Positions 39,701 to 48,365 of a stretch of 64,000 nt of DNA are shown piece after piece. A model generated the notes under the pieces. That model had not been told where the DNA came from, ran no database searches, and saw nothing but the letters and a program-made list of their open reading frames with translations. A program made the position numbers and the translations under genes. Positions within the stretch are counted from its first letter, which is position 1; each line of letters starts with the position of its first letter. Source of the DNA: a bacterium (GTDB lineage: Bacteria; Zhuqueibacterota; Zhuqueibacteria; Residuimicrobiales; Krinioviventaceae); the NCBI GenBank assembly GCA_963693055.1, contig OY843751.1:3840001-3904000 (forward strand). The letters run 5' to 3'.

Positions 39701-41731
39701 GCAGCAGACAGATTGACAGAGCAACAAAATTTATTTATCTCTTATGCTTTGCAGAATGGCATGAATGTCGTTTTTGAAAAGCACTCCAATATTACCAATA
39801 ACATAGGCATTATTGAGCTCGAGCAGGAAATCGTAATAGACAATGTGTATGACGAATATTATCCTGGTGTAAACATGACCTGGAAAACACCGGACACTCT
39901 GCGCGCCTTTGATGTTGATATTGATTATGTATCTTATTACAGCATTCAGGATTCTGGTGATCCTGTTGTAATTGGTGGTGAATATGGCGATGGTAAATAT
40001 CTGTTTATGGGCACTTTATTTGATCCCATTACCGATTATGGATATGCTCGTTTCCCCTACTTTATCGATCTTTTAAAGAGACAGTTTAATCTGGTTCCCA
40101 CGGTACGTAGAAACACTGTAGAAATCTATTTTGAACCGGGTGACCGTGAAGATATCAGCATTGAAGAGTTGGTTAAAATGTGGCGTAACTTTGGTGTTCG
40201 CCGGATCTATGTTTCAACCTGGCATTTTTATGAAGAATATACCTATGATTACGAACGACTCATAGAACTTGCTCACCAGAACGCCATGCTGGTTTACGCA
40301 TGGCTTGAAATTCCACATGTCAGTCAAAAATTTTGGGATAAACACCCGGAATGGAGAGAAATAACCGCAACCGGTAAAGAAGCACAAATCGACTGGCGTC
40401 GAAATATGGCGGTAGATTTGCCAGAATGTCGGCAAGCCATTTTTGATGAATTACAAAAAGCCCTTTTGGAATATGACTGGGATGGAATAAATTTTGCCGA
40501 ACTCTATTATGAATCTCCGGAAGGATTCAAATCACCTCAAAATCTGACTCCCATGAACGATTATGTTCGTAATATGTACTCACAGAAATATGGTTACGAT
40601 CCCAAAAACTTGTTTGCTACCGCATCCCCCTATTACTGGAAGCGTAATAAAAAAGCTGTAGATCAGTTCCAGCAATTCAGAGAAGACAGAATCTTTTATC
40701 TGCATGGTGAATTTTTGAAATTCATGTACGAACTACGGCGCCAAAATGGTCGTGAATGGGAAATTCTGGTTACAACCCTTGAAAATATTTTTTCACCGGA
40801 AATTGGCAAAGCAACCGCAACCAACACCAAACGAATTCTGCAATGGGTAGATGAATATCCCTTTACCATTCAAATTGAAGATCCCCAGCCTTTGTGGGCA
40901 CTGGGTCCTGATCGCTATACAAAAATATTGGATGAATACTCGTCTCTCGATTATCATAAAAACATGATTCTGGATATCAATGTGGTACCTTGGCGTGATA
41001 AAAATATTACTCTGGCGCCAACAAGACAACCAACAGGTCTGGAACTGTTTCAACTGGCTAATGCAGCATCAGCAAAGAATACACGTGTAGCAATCTATTC
41101 TGAAGCCAGTTTATATGAAGTTGATTTCCCCATGCTAACATACGTGTTTGCCAATAAATCACGGGAAAGTATAAACAATAATGAATGGCTGATTGAAACA
41201 CCTTATACAGTCAATACCCTGCTTGACAGGGATGCTCATAAAGATATCATGTTGAATGGTGTGATCTGGCCAGCTTATTATCAGGGACGTGCAATCATTC
41301 CCGCGGGATTGCACAAAATTCAACCGATTTCACGCTATAACGGATTTATAAAAAAGTTCAAATCAGATGTGCGCCTGGTAGAACTGTCAGGTGAATTAAT
41401 TGATGCGCAGTCCATTTCACGTGGTATCGAAATCACCTATCGCTCAGATGCGCCCAATATTCTTGTACTATCAGAAAAACCTCTTGCCATCATAATCAAT
41501 GAAGAAGAGTTGAACATTCCCTCCACCAAAGGAGAGCTGGGCTATTCTCTACGCTTACCGGCAGGTGAACATACGGTAACCATCTATACGCAAACAAATG
41601 GTACTCAAACGCTCAAATACACCAGTGTCGTTATTTCAGGTATGATTGTAATACTGGGAATTTTGGCAGGTTTATTATTATCAACTTTATATCTGCAAAA
41701 TACAATTCGTCGTAAACGCGCTTCAATCTAA
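36761..41731 (+). CDS. Multidomain polysaccharide-modifying protein: GH-like TIM barrel + DUF2334 (YdaL-like) deacetylase + second GH-like barrel, C-terminal TM anchor
   Basis: Signal peptide; GINTVF...IIAWI...LDGVDIAE and VYAWL...WDGINFAE barrels; LIRIEDIHP, MHGSTH, WETPHY, SFFFH deacetylase motifs; TM + RRKR tail. Confidence 0.75.
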   Translation: MSSIRVRLPFLSLLFVLLSQSLFSQNLGLDPDPNQINAVRFDPSYYYNSDLEIKDMAHSLLQTWKANGINTVFYKVYDPAYGAKYVTDYEFNIMADYGRQDLLSYIIDAARETGDMQIIAWIPAFLHKSAWENNPDWRVKNKDGSDYQPNPEDYFLCPANAQVRSWWMGFIKDILNNYPALDGVDIAEPIVKWNDHRCYGEQCTLSDDPLYTSKALIKTLNESVELINSYDKISCITSVVTANRNGSLLSINEQQLKSGFHLDGVLDYKSPPNWINLELMWQQWADYYNAANIFTPEWTQKAAKTVVQFVDDRATLIAHLEQTSFGPIKVDAEQLNNAIQYSKKAGIEHIDIYDTHLLDEMNAWAVIKPSLEYVPTKNILVLTDPNGENDAKQIASLLSHFKTNIEFIQLGNDTPLPAMDSMQTVFYVGIDEKFQIPVPVLDALESFTGDLCWINYGVDQYIKNIGIEKTGFYVNAIHHDSLYQSVPFKGYDLPRFDPSYVETTITDSSKCRVLVEMQGNKGSLPYVIKSSNLWYYADLPTAFVTEGGRHIVISDMLHDIVREDHKPKKLALIRIEDIHPISDIKALEQVTGYLKSQDAPYSIGIVPYYLDPESNLTATLNDMPDFVDFVHKTMKSGATIVMHGSTHQFRGETTADYEFWDGMTEEVLFSDSKEYVRQKMLSGLQAFKENGIYPIIWETPHYAASQMDYGVINNFFNTAYERRQTVDKHGSDQLLPYMIYNHTAGNKIIPENLGYIPLDDPNSAPMLQAAEHNLAIRDGVASFFFHTFVDHNALKTIVPSLKKMGYTFTSPRYTSSKVIAPEYQALTGDGSVNLTLDGQYYHEFYLDIKGKKKKELYSDSTLTETVSKDVKVPMGWIFIAEKLDDKPKGFFARAVSTITPNVPELSKTIFNTNSKSLIDEGSFPISAGIIVDSTATGPVGISQNNLIKSLQVVGIDVQILPFENLIEIPNDINILVVPKAAADRLTEQQNLFISYALQNGMNVVFEKHSNITNNIGIIELEQEIVIDNVYDEYYPGVNMTWKTPDTLRAFDVDIDYVSYYSIQDSGDPVVIGGEYGDGKYLFMGTLFDPITDYGYARFPYFIDLLKRQFNLVPTVRRNTVEIYFEPGDREDISIEELVKMWRNFGVRRIYVSTWHFYEEYTYDYERLIELAHQNAMLVYAWLEIPHVSQKFWDKHPEWREITATGKEAQIDWRRNMAVDLPECRQAIFDELQKALLEYDWDGINFAELYYESPEGFKSPQNLTPMNDYVRNMYSQKYGYDPKNLFATASPYYWKRNKKAVDQFQQFREDRIFYLHGEFLKFMYELRRQNGREWEILVTTLENIFSPEIGKATATNTKRILQWVDEYPFTIQIEDPQPLWALGPDRYTKILDEYSSLDYHKNMILDINVVPWRDKNITLAPTRQPTGLELFQLANAASAKNTRVAIYSEASLYEVDFPMLTYVFANKSRESINNNEWLIETPYTVNTLLDRDAHKDIMLNGVIWPAYYQGRAIIPAGLHKIQPISRYNGFIKKFKSDVRLVELSGELIDAQSISRGIEITYRSDAPNILVLSEKPLAIIINEEELNIPSTKGELGYSLRLPAGEHTVTIYTQTNGTQTLKYTSVVISGMIVILGILAGLLLSTLYLQNTIRRKRASI

Positions 41732-41748
41732 AAACAGCAGGAGTTATT

Positions 41749-43026
41749 TTGCCTTTTTCGCACACATCCCTTGATATACTCTTTTTATTGAGTGTTTCCA
41801 TAACGTGGGCTATGATTCTTTATCAGTTATTCCTGACCATTGCAGGTAACAGATACAGGTACGACATTCAAAAAACTGAAAAAGAGTTGGAACAAATCCC
41901 GGTTAATCCCAAACCGGTATCTATCATGATCCCTGCTCATAATGAAGAACTGGTTATCGAGAAAACCATAGAACGCATCCAGAGCCTGGATTATCCTCCG
42001 GAAATGCTTCAGGTAGTAGTAATCAATGACGCATCACAAGACAACACAGCAGCACTGGTAGAGGCCCTGGCTGAAAAGGACAAACGCATCAAACTGGTTA
42101 CCCTGGAAGGAGACCGGGGACATGGTAAAGCGTATGCCCTGAATATAGGGCTGGAGCATTGCAGCCATGATCTCATTACAATTTATGACGCAGATAATAA
42201 TCCTTCAAAAGATTCTTTGAAAATTCTGGTTTCCCATCTCAGTCAGGATGATGGGCTAGCAGCGGTAATTGGTAAATTCAGGACCATCAATCGCGCAAAA
42301 AACAGTTTGACCCGTTTTATCAATATCGAAACCATGGCATTTCAATGGATTCTGCAAGCAGGCCGCTACAAGACCTCACGTATTGCAATTCTGCCGGGGA
42401 CCAATTATGTTGTTCGTAAATCTGTTATTAAAGAATGCGGCGGCTGGGACCCCAAAGCAATTACTGAAGATTCCGAAATCAGTGTAAGAATTTACAGATT
42501 GGGATACAAGATTAAATTTGTTCCCACCAGTGTAACCTGGGAACAGGAACCCGAAAAAATATCCACCTGGATCAGACAACGCACCCGCTGGGTACGCGGC
42601 AATAATTACGTATTGCAAAAATTTGCTCCCGATACATTTAAATTTAAAAGCCGTTTTTTATTAATAGAGTTCTTTTATTTATTTGCTCTGTACTACCTAT
42701 TTCTGGCTGCAATTGTCATTTCACACATGTTGTTCCTCCTCAGCGCTATAGGAGTAGTGGCGCTAAATGTTCCGGGGCCTTATTTTGGGGTATGGGTTTC
42801 TGCCTACATCTTGTTTGTTCTGGAAATTGTGGTCGTTTTATCTTATGAACATGAAGATTCAGGCATCAATTTATTATACACCCTGCTCATGTATTTTACA
42901 TATTGCCAATTATGGTTATATGTAGTATTCAAGGCCCTCTCGCTCGATTTCAGACGTCACAAAGTTGGCGAATGGGACAAAACCGAACGATTTGAGGTAA
43001 ACGTACCGAGCGAGCAGGAAGCCTGA
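41749..43026 (+). CDS. Processive GT2 polysaccharide synthase, YdaM/PssC-like
   Basis: PAHNEE, DAD, TED, RQRTRW motifs; LTRFINIET, PGTN, WEQEPE and LMYFTY match my recollection of B. subtilis YdaM. Confidence 0.9.
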   Translation: MPFSHTSLDILFLLSVSITWAMILYQLFLTIAGNRYRYDIQKTEKELEQIPVNPKPVSIMIPAHNEELVIEKTIERIQSLDYPPEMLQVVVINDASQDNTAALVEALAEKDKRIKLVTLEGDRGHGKAYALNIGLEHCSHDLITIYDADNNPSKDSLKILVSHLSQDDGLAAVIGKFRTINRAKNSLTRFINIETMAFQWILQAGRYKTSRIAILPGTNYVVRKSVIKECGGWDPKAITEDSEISVRIYRLGYKIKFVPTSVTWEQEPEKISTWIRQRTRWVRGNNYVLQKFAPDTFKFKSRFLLIEFFYLFALYYLFLAAIVISHMLFLLSAIGVVALNVPGPYFGVWVSAYILFVLEIVVVLSYEHEDSGINLLYTLLMYFTYCQLWLYVVFKALSLDFRRHKVGEWDKTERFEVNVPSEQEA

Positions 43027-43871
43027 TGAAATTCACGTTTATTAAAAATACATTAGCTTATTGCATCCTTTTACTAATTTCAAGTACATCTGTAATGGCA
43101 CTACCGCAACTAGATCCCAAATTCTTTGCGGAAGCTTATGATGAAACCGTAAATTTTGAACGTGAAGGTAACAATACCATTACCGCGGGTCATCTCATTC
43201 AAGGCGTAAAATTTCCTGAACTGGGTCTGGTTAAATCCGCCGAATTTTATTTTAAACAGCGTTATGGCAGCGATGCCAACAAAGATTACTGGAACAATCG
43301 TGGTGAATTGATCATGGGAACACGCATTCGGTTTTTCTCCAAAATCTATGTTGCCGTTTTTTATGAATATATTCATGGCTGGTATATGGGTGATTCCAAT
43401 TCCACCAATCCCAATCCATATGGCGATTCTTATGAAGATATGCGATACGGATTTATTTTTTGGCAGGGTCTGGATAACGAGTATAAAAAGAAATGGAAAA
43501 CCAACATTCCCCTCAGTTTTTGGGATGAGATTTATGCGGATGCGGTCAGATACAAACGGGATGATAACAACTTTGCATCTTATACCAATATTCGCGCGGG
43601 TGAACGTCTGGCAAGAGTTGGTAAAATGGCATTTGATGTTTACGGCGCTTTCTATTATGCCTGGGATACTAATAAAGATTATTGGAACAATAAATTTGAA
43701 TACGGACTGGGTTTTAGACTCAAACCCTGGTCTGATCTGGATTTAAGCTTGTTTTATGAAACGTTGAATGGACAATATATCGAACGTAATGGGCGGTATC
43801 CAATAACCAATGGTCTAAACTACTCTGATCATCGGTTTGGGATACTTTTTTGGTATGGACTAGGATTTTAA
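43026..43871 (+). CDS. Probable outer-membrane beta-barrel with twofold internal repeat
   Basis: Signal peptide, aromatic-rich strands, NKDYWNN twice 131 aa apart, ends WYGLGF. Confidence 0.7.
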   Translation: MKFTFIKNTLAYCILLLISSTSVMALPQLDPKFFAEAYDETVNFEREGNNTITAGHLIQGVKFPELGLVKSAEFYFKQRYGSDANKDYWNNRGELIMGTRIRFFSKIYVAVFYEYIHGWYMGDSNSTNPNPYGDSYEDMRYGFIFWQGLDNEYKKKWKTNIPLSFWDEIYADAVRYKRDDNNFASYTNIRAGERLARVGKMAFDVYGAFYYAWDTNKDYWNNKFEYGLGFRLKPWSDLDLSLFYETLNGQYIERNGRYPITNGLNYSDHRFGILFWYGLGF

Positions 43872-43894
43872 AAGGCATTACAAGGAGTTTAAAA

Positions 43895-45673
43895 ATGAAA
43901 AAAATGCTACTCTTGCTCATTTTATTAATATCAAATCAATACATATTTGCCCAAGACCAACTCTGGGAGTTTTCAGCAGATTGGTGGGTCAATTCAATTT
44001 ATCCTATAAATGATGTAAATGGTAACAGCCTGCAGGATGTTCTGGTAGGTGCTTCTGATAACCGGTTGTATTGTATTGAAGGTGGTGGCGATACCAAAGG
44101 CACAATCATATGGTCCACTACTTTTACCGGCGATGTCTGGGCAACAGTATCTATTCTGGATGTAAACAATGACGGTATTGATGATGCCATTGCCGGCGCT
44201 GCTGATAATACGGTTTATTGTATATCCGGTGACCCCACATACGAGGGTGCAGAGATTTGGTCATATACAATTGGTGGTGACGCTTTGTGTGTTGATGTTA
44301 CTAACGATGTTGATTATGATGGTATTCAGGATTGTGTGGTAGGCAGTAATGATGATTATGTCTACTGTCTTTCAGGTGCTGATGGCAGTCTGATCTGGAG
44401 CTACAAAACAGGTAGTACCGTATTTGATGTTACACGTGCGGGCGATGTTGACAATGACGGTTATGATGACATTTTTGCAGTATCTGTAGATGATAATACC
44501 TACTGCCTTTCCGGCAAAATGAATATACCGGGACAACGAGTAATATGGCAAACCACAACGGGCGATGTCCGCTCGGTCGCCATGATCTCTGATCTGAACA
44601 AAGATGGTGAAAACGAATGTCTGGCTGGTGGGCTAAATGACAAAGTTACATGTATGTCTGGTACGGATGGAGCAATTATCTGGACGTTTACTGCAGGTGC
44701 ATCCATTCACAGTATTGCCAGCACTGACGATGCAAACAGTGATGGTAAGCACGATGTTTTGGCCGGTTCCGCCGATAACAAAGTTTACATGATTTCAGGA
44801 CACGATGGTTCTACCATTTGGTACAAACAATATAATGGAGATGTTTGGGATGTTGCAGCCATTACTGATGTTAATAATGACAATGTTCAGGATTGCTTGC
44901 TGGGTACGGGTAATAACGATATCGCTGTTATCAGTGGCGCTTCAAGTGGAACAGGTGATGTGATTTGGTCAGACACATTTCTGGGTGACGTTTTGACCGT
45001 AGCGTCATTGAGAGATGTTACCGGTAACGGAATTATTGAAGTATTGGGCGGTTCAAATGACAGCCGGGTCCTTGCCTTTGAAGGGAACTCTACAATCACT
45101 CCGGTTGAATTGGCAAGCTTTACCGCAATCGTTAATGATAATACAGTAGAACTGTATTGGGAAACCGCAACCGAACATAATAATTATGGTTACAAGATAC
45201 AACGTTCAACGGACAATAAAACCTTTGACACAATTGGTTTTGTTAATGGAAATGGTACTAGTAATATAAACGAAACCTATGAATATATTGATGAAAATGT
45301 TTGGCCTAACCAATATTATTACCGATTGCTTCAAATAGATTATGGCGGTGCTGTTTCAACCTTGGATACGCTGCATGTAAATGTTAATGTCCCCGAGACC
45401 TTTGCAATACAAAACAATTATCCCAATCCCTTTAATGCGGGAACGGTAATTTCATACTCGCTGCCAAATCCGGGACATGTGGAAATCAAGATCCATAATA
45501 TTCGTGGTGAATATATAACAACCCTTTATGAAGGTCAACAATATGCCGGTTACCATAATATTCACTGGTATGGTAAGAATAACAATGGTATATTAGTCTC
45601 TAGCGGTATATATCTATGCACTATTAAAAATGGTATTCAGAGCCAAACGATTCAAATGTCATATATAAAATAA
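43895..45673 (+). CDS. Secreted FG-GAP/PQQ-like beta-propeller with FlgD-Ig/T9SS-type CTD
   Basis: Repeated DVNxDGxxD...GSxD...SGxDG..IW; PVELASF; NNYPNPFN; GGAG SD before ATG 43895. Confidence 0.85.
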   Translation: MKKMLLLLILLISNQYIFAQDQLWEFSADWWVNSIYPINDVNGNSLQDVLVGASDNRLYCIEGGGDTKGTIIWSTTFTGDVWATVSILDVNNDGIDDAIAGAADNTVYCISGDPTYEGAEIWSYTIGGDALCVDVTNDVDYDGIQDCVVGSNDDYVYCLSGADGSLIWSYKTGSTVFDVTRAGDVDNDGYDDIFAVSVDDNTYCLSGKMNIPGQRVIWQTTTGDVRSVAMISDLNKDGENECLAGGLNDKVTCMSGTDGAIIWTFTAGASIHSIASTDDANSDGKHDVLAGSADNKVYMISGHDGSTIWYKQYNGDVWDVAAITDVNNDNVQDCLLGTGNNDIAVISGASSGTGDVIWSDTFLGDVLTVASLRDVTGNGIIEVLGGSNDSRVLAFEGNSTITPVELASFTAIVNDNTVELYWETATEHNNYGYKIQRSTDNKTFDTIGFVNGNGTSNINETYEYIDENVWPNQYYYRLLQIDYGGAVSTLDTLHVNVNVPETFAIQNNYPNPFNAGTVISYSLPNPGHVEIKIHNIRGEYITTLYEGQQYAGYHNIHWYGKNNNGILVSSGIYLCTIKNGIQSQTIQMSYIK

Positions 45674-45690
45674 AAAAAGGATGTTTTTAT

Positions 45691-46812
45691 ATGAAGCCCA
45701 TTGATGTAATGGTCATTTTTGGTACACGCCCGGAAGCGATCAAAATGGCGCCGGTAATTTTAGAATTGCAAAAACGATCAACCATCAACACCATTACCGT
45801 TTCCACATCACAACATCGTGAAATGCTGGATCAGGTACTTGACATTTTTGACATAAAACCAGACTTTGATTTAAAGATCATGCAGCCGGGACAGACTCTG
45901 AACCAGATTGTTGAAAGATCTGTTAAAGGATTCAGGGATGTGTTTGCACAAACACGTCCCGATATTGTGCTTGTTCAGGGAGATACTACTACAGCGTTTA
46001 CCGGTGCATTGGCGGCCTTTTATGAACGGACCCCGGTTGGGCATATTGAAGCGGGGCTTCGCAGCGGTGACATGTACTCACCCTATCCGGAAGAGGCAAA
46101 TCGCAGAATGATCAGCGTAATTACTGAATTTAATTTTGCTCCAACACAAGGTAATTATGAATCCTTGGTACAGGAAGGCACAGAGCCAGAACGCATTCAT
46201 GTGACCGGCAATACGGTTATTGATGCTTTACACTATGTATTACAACACAAACCGGTTCAAGGATTCACGGAACAGTTTTGCAGCAATGGAGATAAACTGG
46301 TTCTGGTTACCGCGCACAGGCGGGAAAACTTTGGTGAACCTATTCGCAATATCTGTAAAGCTTTGATTGAATTAACTGAAACCCACAAAGACATCCAGAT
46401 AGTCTATCCGGTACATCTTAACAATAATATTCAAAAACCGGTACATGAATTACTGGATGGTAAAGAACGCATCCATTTGCTTGAACCGGTGGATTACAGA
46501 CATCTTACCACACTAATGAAAGACGCACATATCGTATTGACAGATTCGGGTGGACTACAGGAAGAAGCTCCCGCGCTGGGCAAACCGGTAGTGGTAATGC
46601 GCACTGAAACCGAACGCCCCGAAGCGGTACAAGCAGGAACCGCTGTATTGGTGGGAATCCAACAAGATGCCATTGTTAGTAAAATGACACAGCTTTTAAC
46701 AGACAATACCGCGTACCAGTCCATGGCCAAAGCCGTAAATCCCTATGGCGATGGAAAAGCGGCTCAGCGTATTGCCGATATTATTGAATCATCAGGATTA
46801 AATAAAAACTAA
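45691..46812 (+). CDS. wecB: UDP-N-acetylglucosamine 2-epimerase (non-hydrolysing)
   Basis: FGTRPEAIKMAP, QGDTTT, HIEAGLR, TAHRREN, TDSGGLQEE, NPYGDG. Confidence 0.95.
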   Translation: MKPIDVMVIFGTRPEAIKMAPVILELQKRSTINTITVSTSQHREMLDQVLDIFDIKPDFDLKIMQPGQTLNQIVERSVKGFRDVFAQTRPDIVLVQGDTTTAFTGALAAFYERTPVGHIEAGLRSGDMYSPYPEEANRRMISVITEFNFAPTQGNYESLVQEGTEPERIHVTGNTVIDALHYVLQHKPVQGFTEQFCSNGDKLVLVTAHRRENFGEPIRNICKALIELTETHKDIQIVYPVHLNNNIQKPVHELLDGKERIHLLEPVDYRHLTTLMKDAHIVLTDSGGLQEEAPALGKPVVVMRTETERPEAVQAGTAVLVGIQQDAIVSKMTQLLTDNTAYQSMAKAVNPYGDGKAAQRIADIIESSGLNKN

Positions 46813-46818
46813 AATATT

Positions 46819-47337
46819 CTAGTCCTGGTTAATGGTAGATATCCATTTGCCATCTTCCAGGGCAATCTCGTCAATATTTCGATTAACCCAGGCTTTTTCC
46901 ACATCAATACGGTTTACATTCACACCATCGATCAATGTAACCACATATTTAATGCCGGCATTTATGATCAACCGCTTGCATATTTTGCAGGGTTCAGAAA
47001 TGGCAAGCGTCTCTCCACTATCCGAATCAATACCCAATAAATAGAGTGTAGAATCCAGCATATCCAGACGCGATGCATGAATGATTGCATTTTGTTCAGC
47101 GTGAACAGAACGGCACCATTCATAATGTTGACCGTGCTTTATATTCATTTCTTTCCGGATGCAAACGCCGATATCCACACAATTTTTGGTATTACGCGGT
47201 GCCCCGCAATAACCGGTAGAAATGATCTGATCATTTTTCACAATTACCGCGCCATACATTCTTCGCAAACAGGTGCTGCGTCCTGCTACTTCGCGGGCAA
47301 TGTTCAAGTAGTATTCATCTTTGGAAATTCGTCCCAT
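46819..47337 (-). CDS. dCMP deaminase family protein
   Basis: RSTCLRR, HAEQNA, PCKIC. Confidence 0.9.
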   Translation of the reverse strand: MGRISKDEYYLNIAREVAGRSTCLRRMYGAVIVKNDQIISTGYCGAPRNTKNCVDIGVCIRKEMNIKHGQHYEWCRSVHAEQNAIIHASRLDMLDSTLYLLGIDSDSGETLAISEPCKICKRLIINAGIKYVVTLIDGVNVNRIDVEKAWVNRNIDEIALEDGKWISTINQD

Positions 47338-47495
47338 GTCACCAACCTCGTATTCAAATGAAAAAACAAAGTAATGGTTTTAGCATTATAATTCAAGTGC
47401 AATTCAAATAAAATGGCCAATAATTATTAATTTGAAACCTTTCTAGTAAACCATCGTACTAGTTCTATAAAGCAACTAATAAATTGGAATAACAA

Positions 47496-48341
47496 ATGAA
47501 AGAAACTGAAATTGCAAACCTGGTCCAATTCGGGTTAACCAAACTGGAAGCCGAAATCTATCTGGTACTGCTTCAAAATCCCAATTCCACAGGTTATCGA
47601 ATTGCGCAGATTCTGAATAAACCGGTCCCCAATACCTACAAAGCTTTGAATTCGCTGCAAGCAAAACAACTTATTCTTGCAGATTCCAGCCAGAAAACAC
47701 GCATCTATACAGCGGTTCCCATAGCAGAATATCTGGACTATAAGACAATCGAGTTTAATACAAAGCGTCATGAACTTTTACAGCAGCTAGAGCATTACAA
47801 AACACCAACTGTAGAAGGCGGTATCTATCGGCTTGAAAACATACAAGATATTATATCGCGGGCCAGTATACTCATTGCCAAAGCACAGGATATTTTGTTG
47901 GTCGATATTTTTCCGGCCCTGCTTCCCCTTTTGCGGGACGAGATTGAAAAAGTTGCTGCATCCGGCACCAGGGTGATGGTCAAAACCTATGAGCCCACAA
48001 AAATTAAGAACTGCCTGGTGGTCAATAATGAAACAGACAGCCAACTGGTTGAAAAATTTTACGGAGAGTGGCTCAACATTATTGCAGATGGGCGCGAATA
48101 TCTGTTATCGTTTATTAATCTGAATAAAGAACGCGTTTATGAGGCATTTTGGAGCAAAAACCTGTTTTTGTCGCTCATGATGCACAATGGCTTTTCCGAT
48201 GAATTTATCTTTACCCAAATTCGCAGCATGATTGAAAACGGAACAGAGTATAAAGAACTTTTAGAATATCTCAAGCACTATGATACCATTAAAACCAGCA
48301 GTACCCATGCATTCCAGGATTTTATGAAACAATTTTCATAA
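47496..48341 (+). CDS. TrmB-family transcriptional regulator
   Basis: GLTKLEAEIYLVLL...TGYRIA...YKALNSL winged HTH plus effector domain. Confidence 0.85.
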   Translation: MKETEIANLVQFGLTKLEAEIYLVLLQNPNSTGYRIAQILNKPVPNTYKALNSLQAKQLILADSSQKTRIYTAVPIAEYLDYKTIEFNTKRHELLQQLEHYKTPTVEGGIYRLENIQDIISRASILIAKAQDILLVDIFPALLPLLRDEIEKVAASGTRVMVKTYEPTKIKNCLVVNNETDSQLVEKFYGEWLNIIADGREYLLSFINLNKERVYEAFWSKNLFLSLMMHNGFSDEFIFTQIRSMIENGTEYKELLEYLKHYDTIKTSSTHAFQDFMKQFS

Positions 48342-48365
48342 CCATTATCATTAGAGGAGGACACC

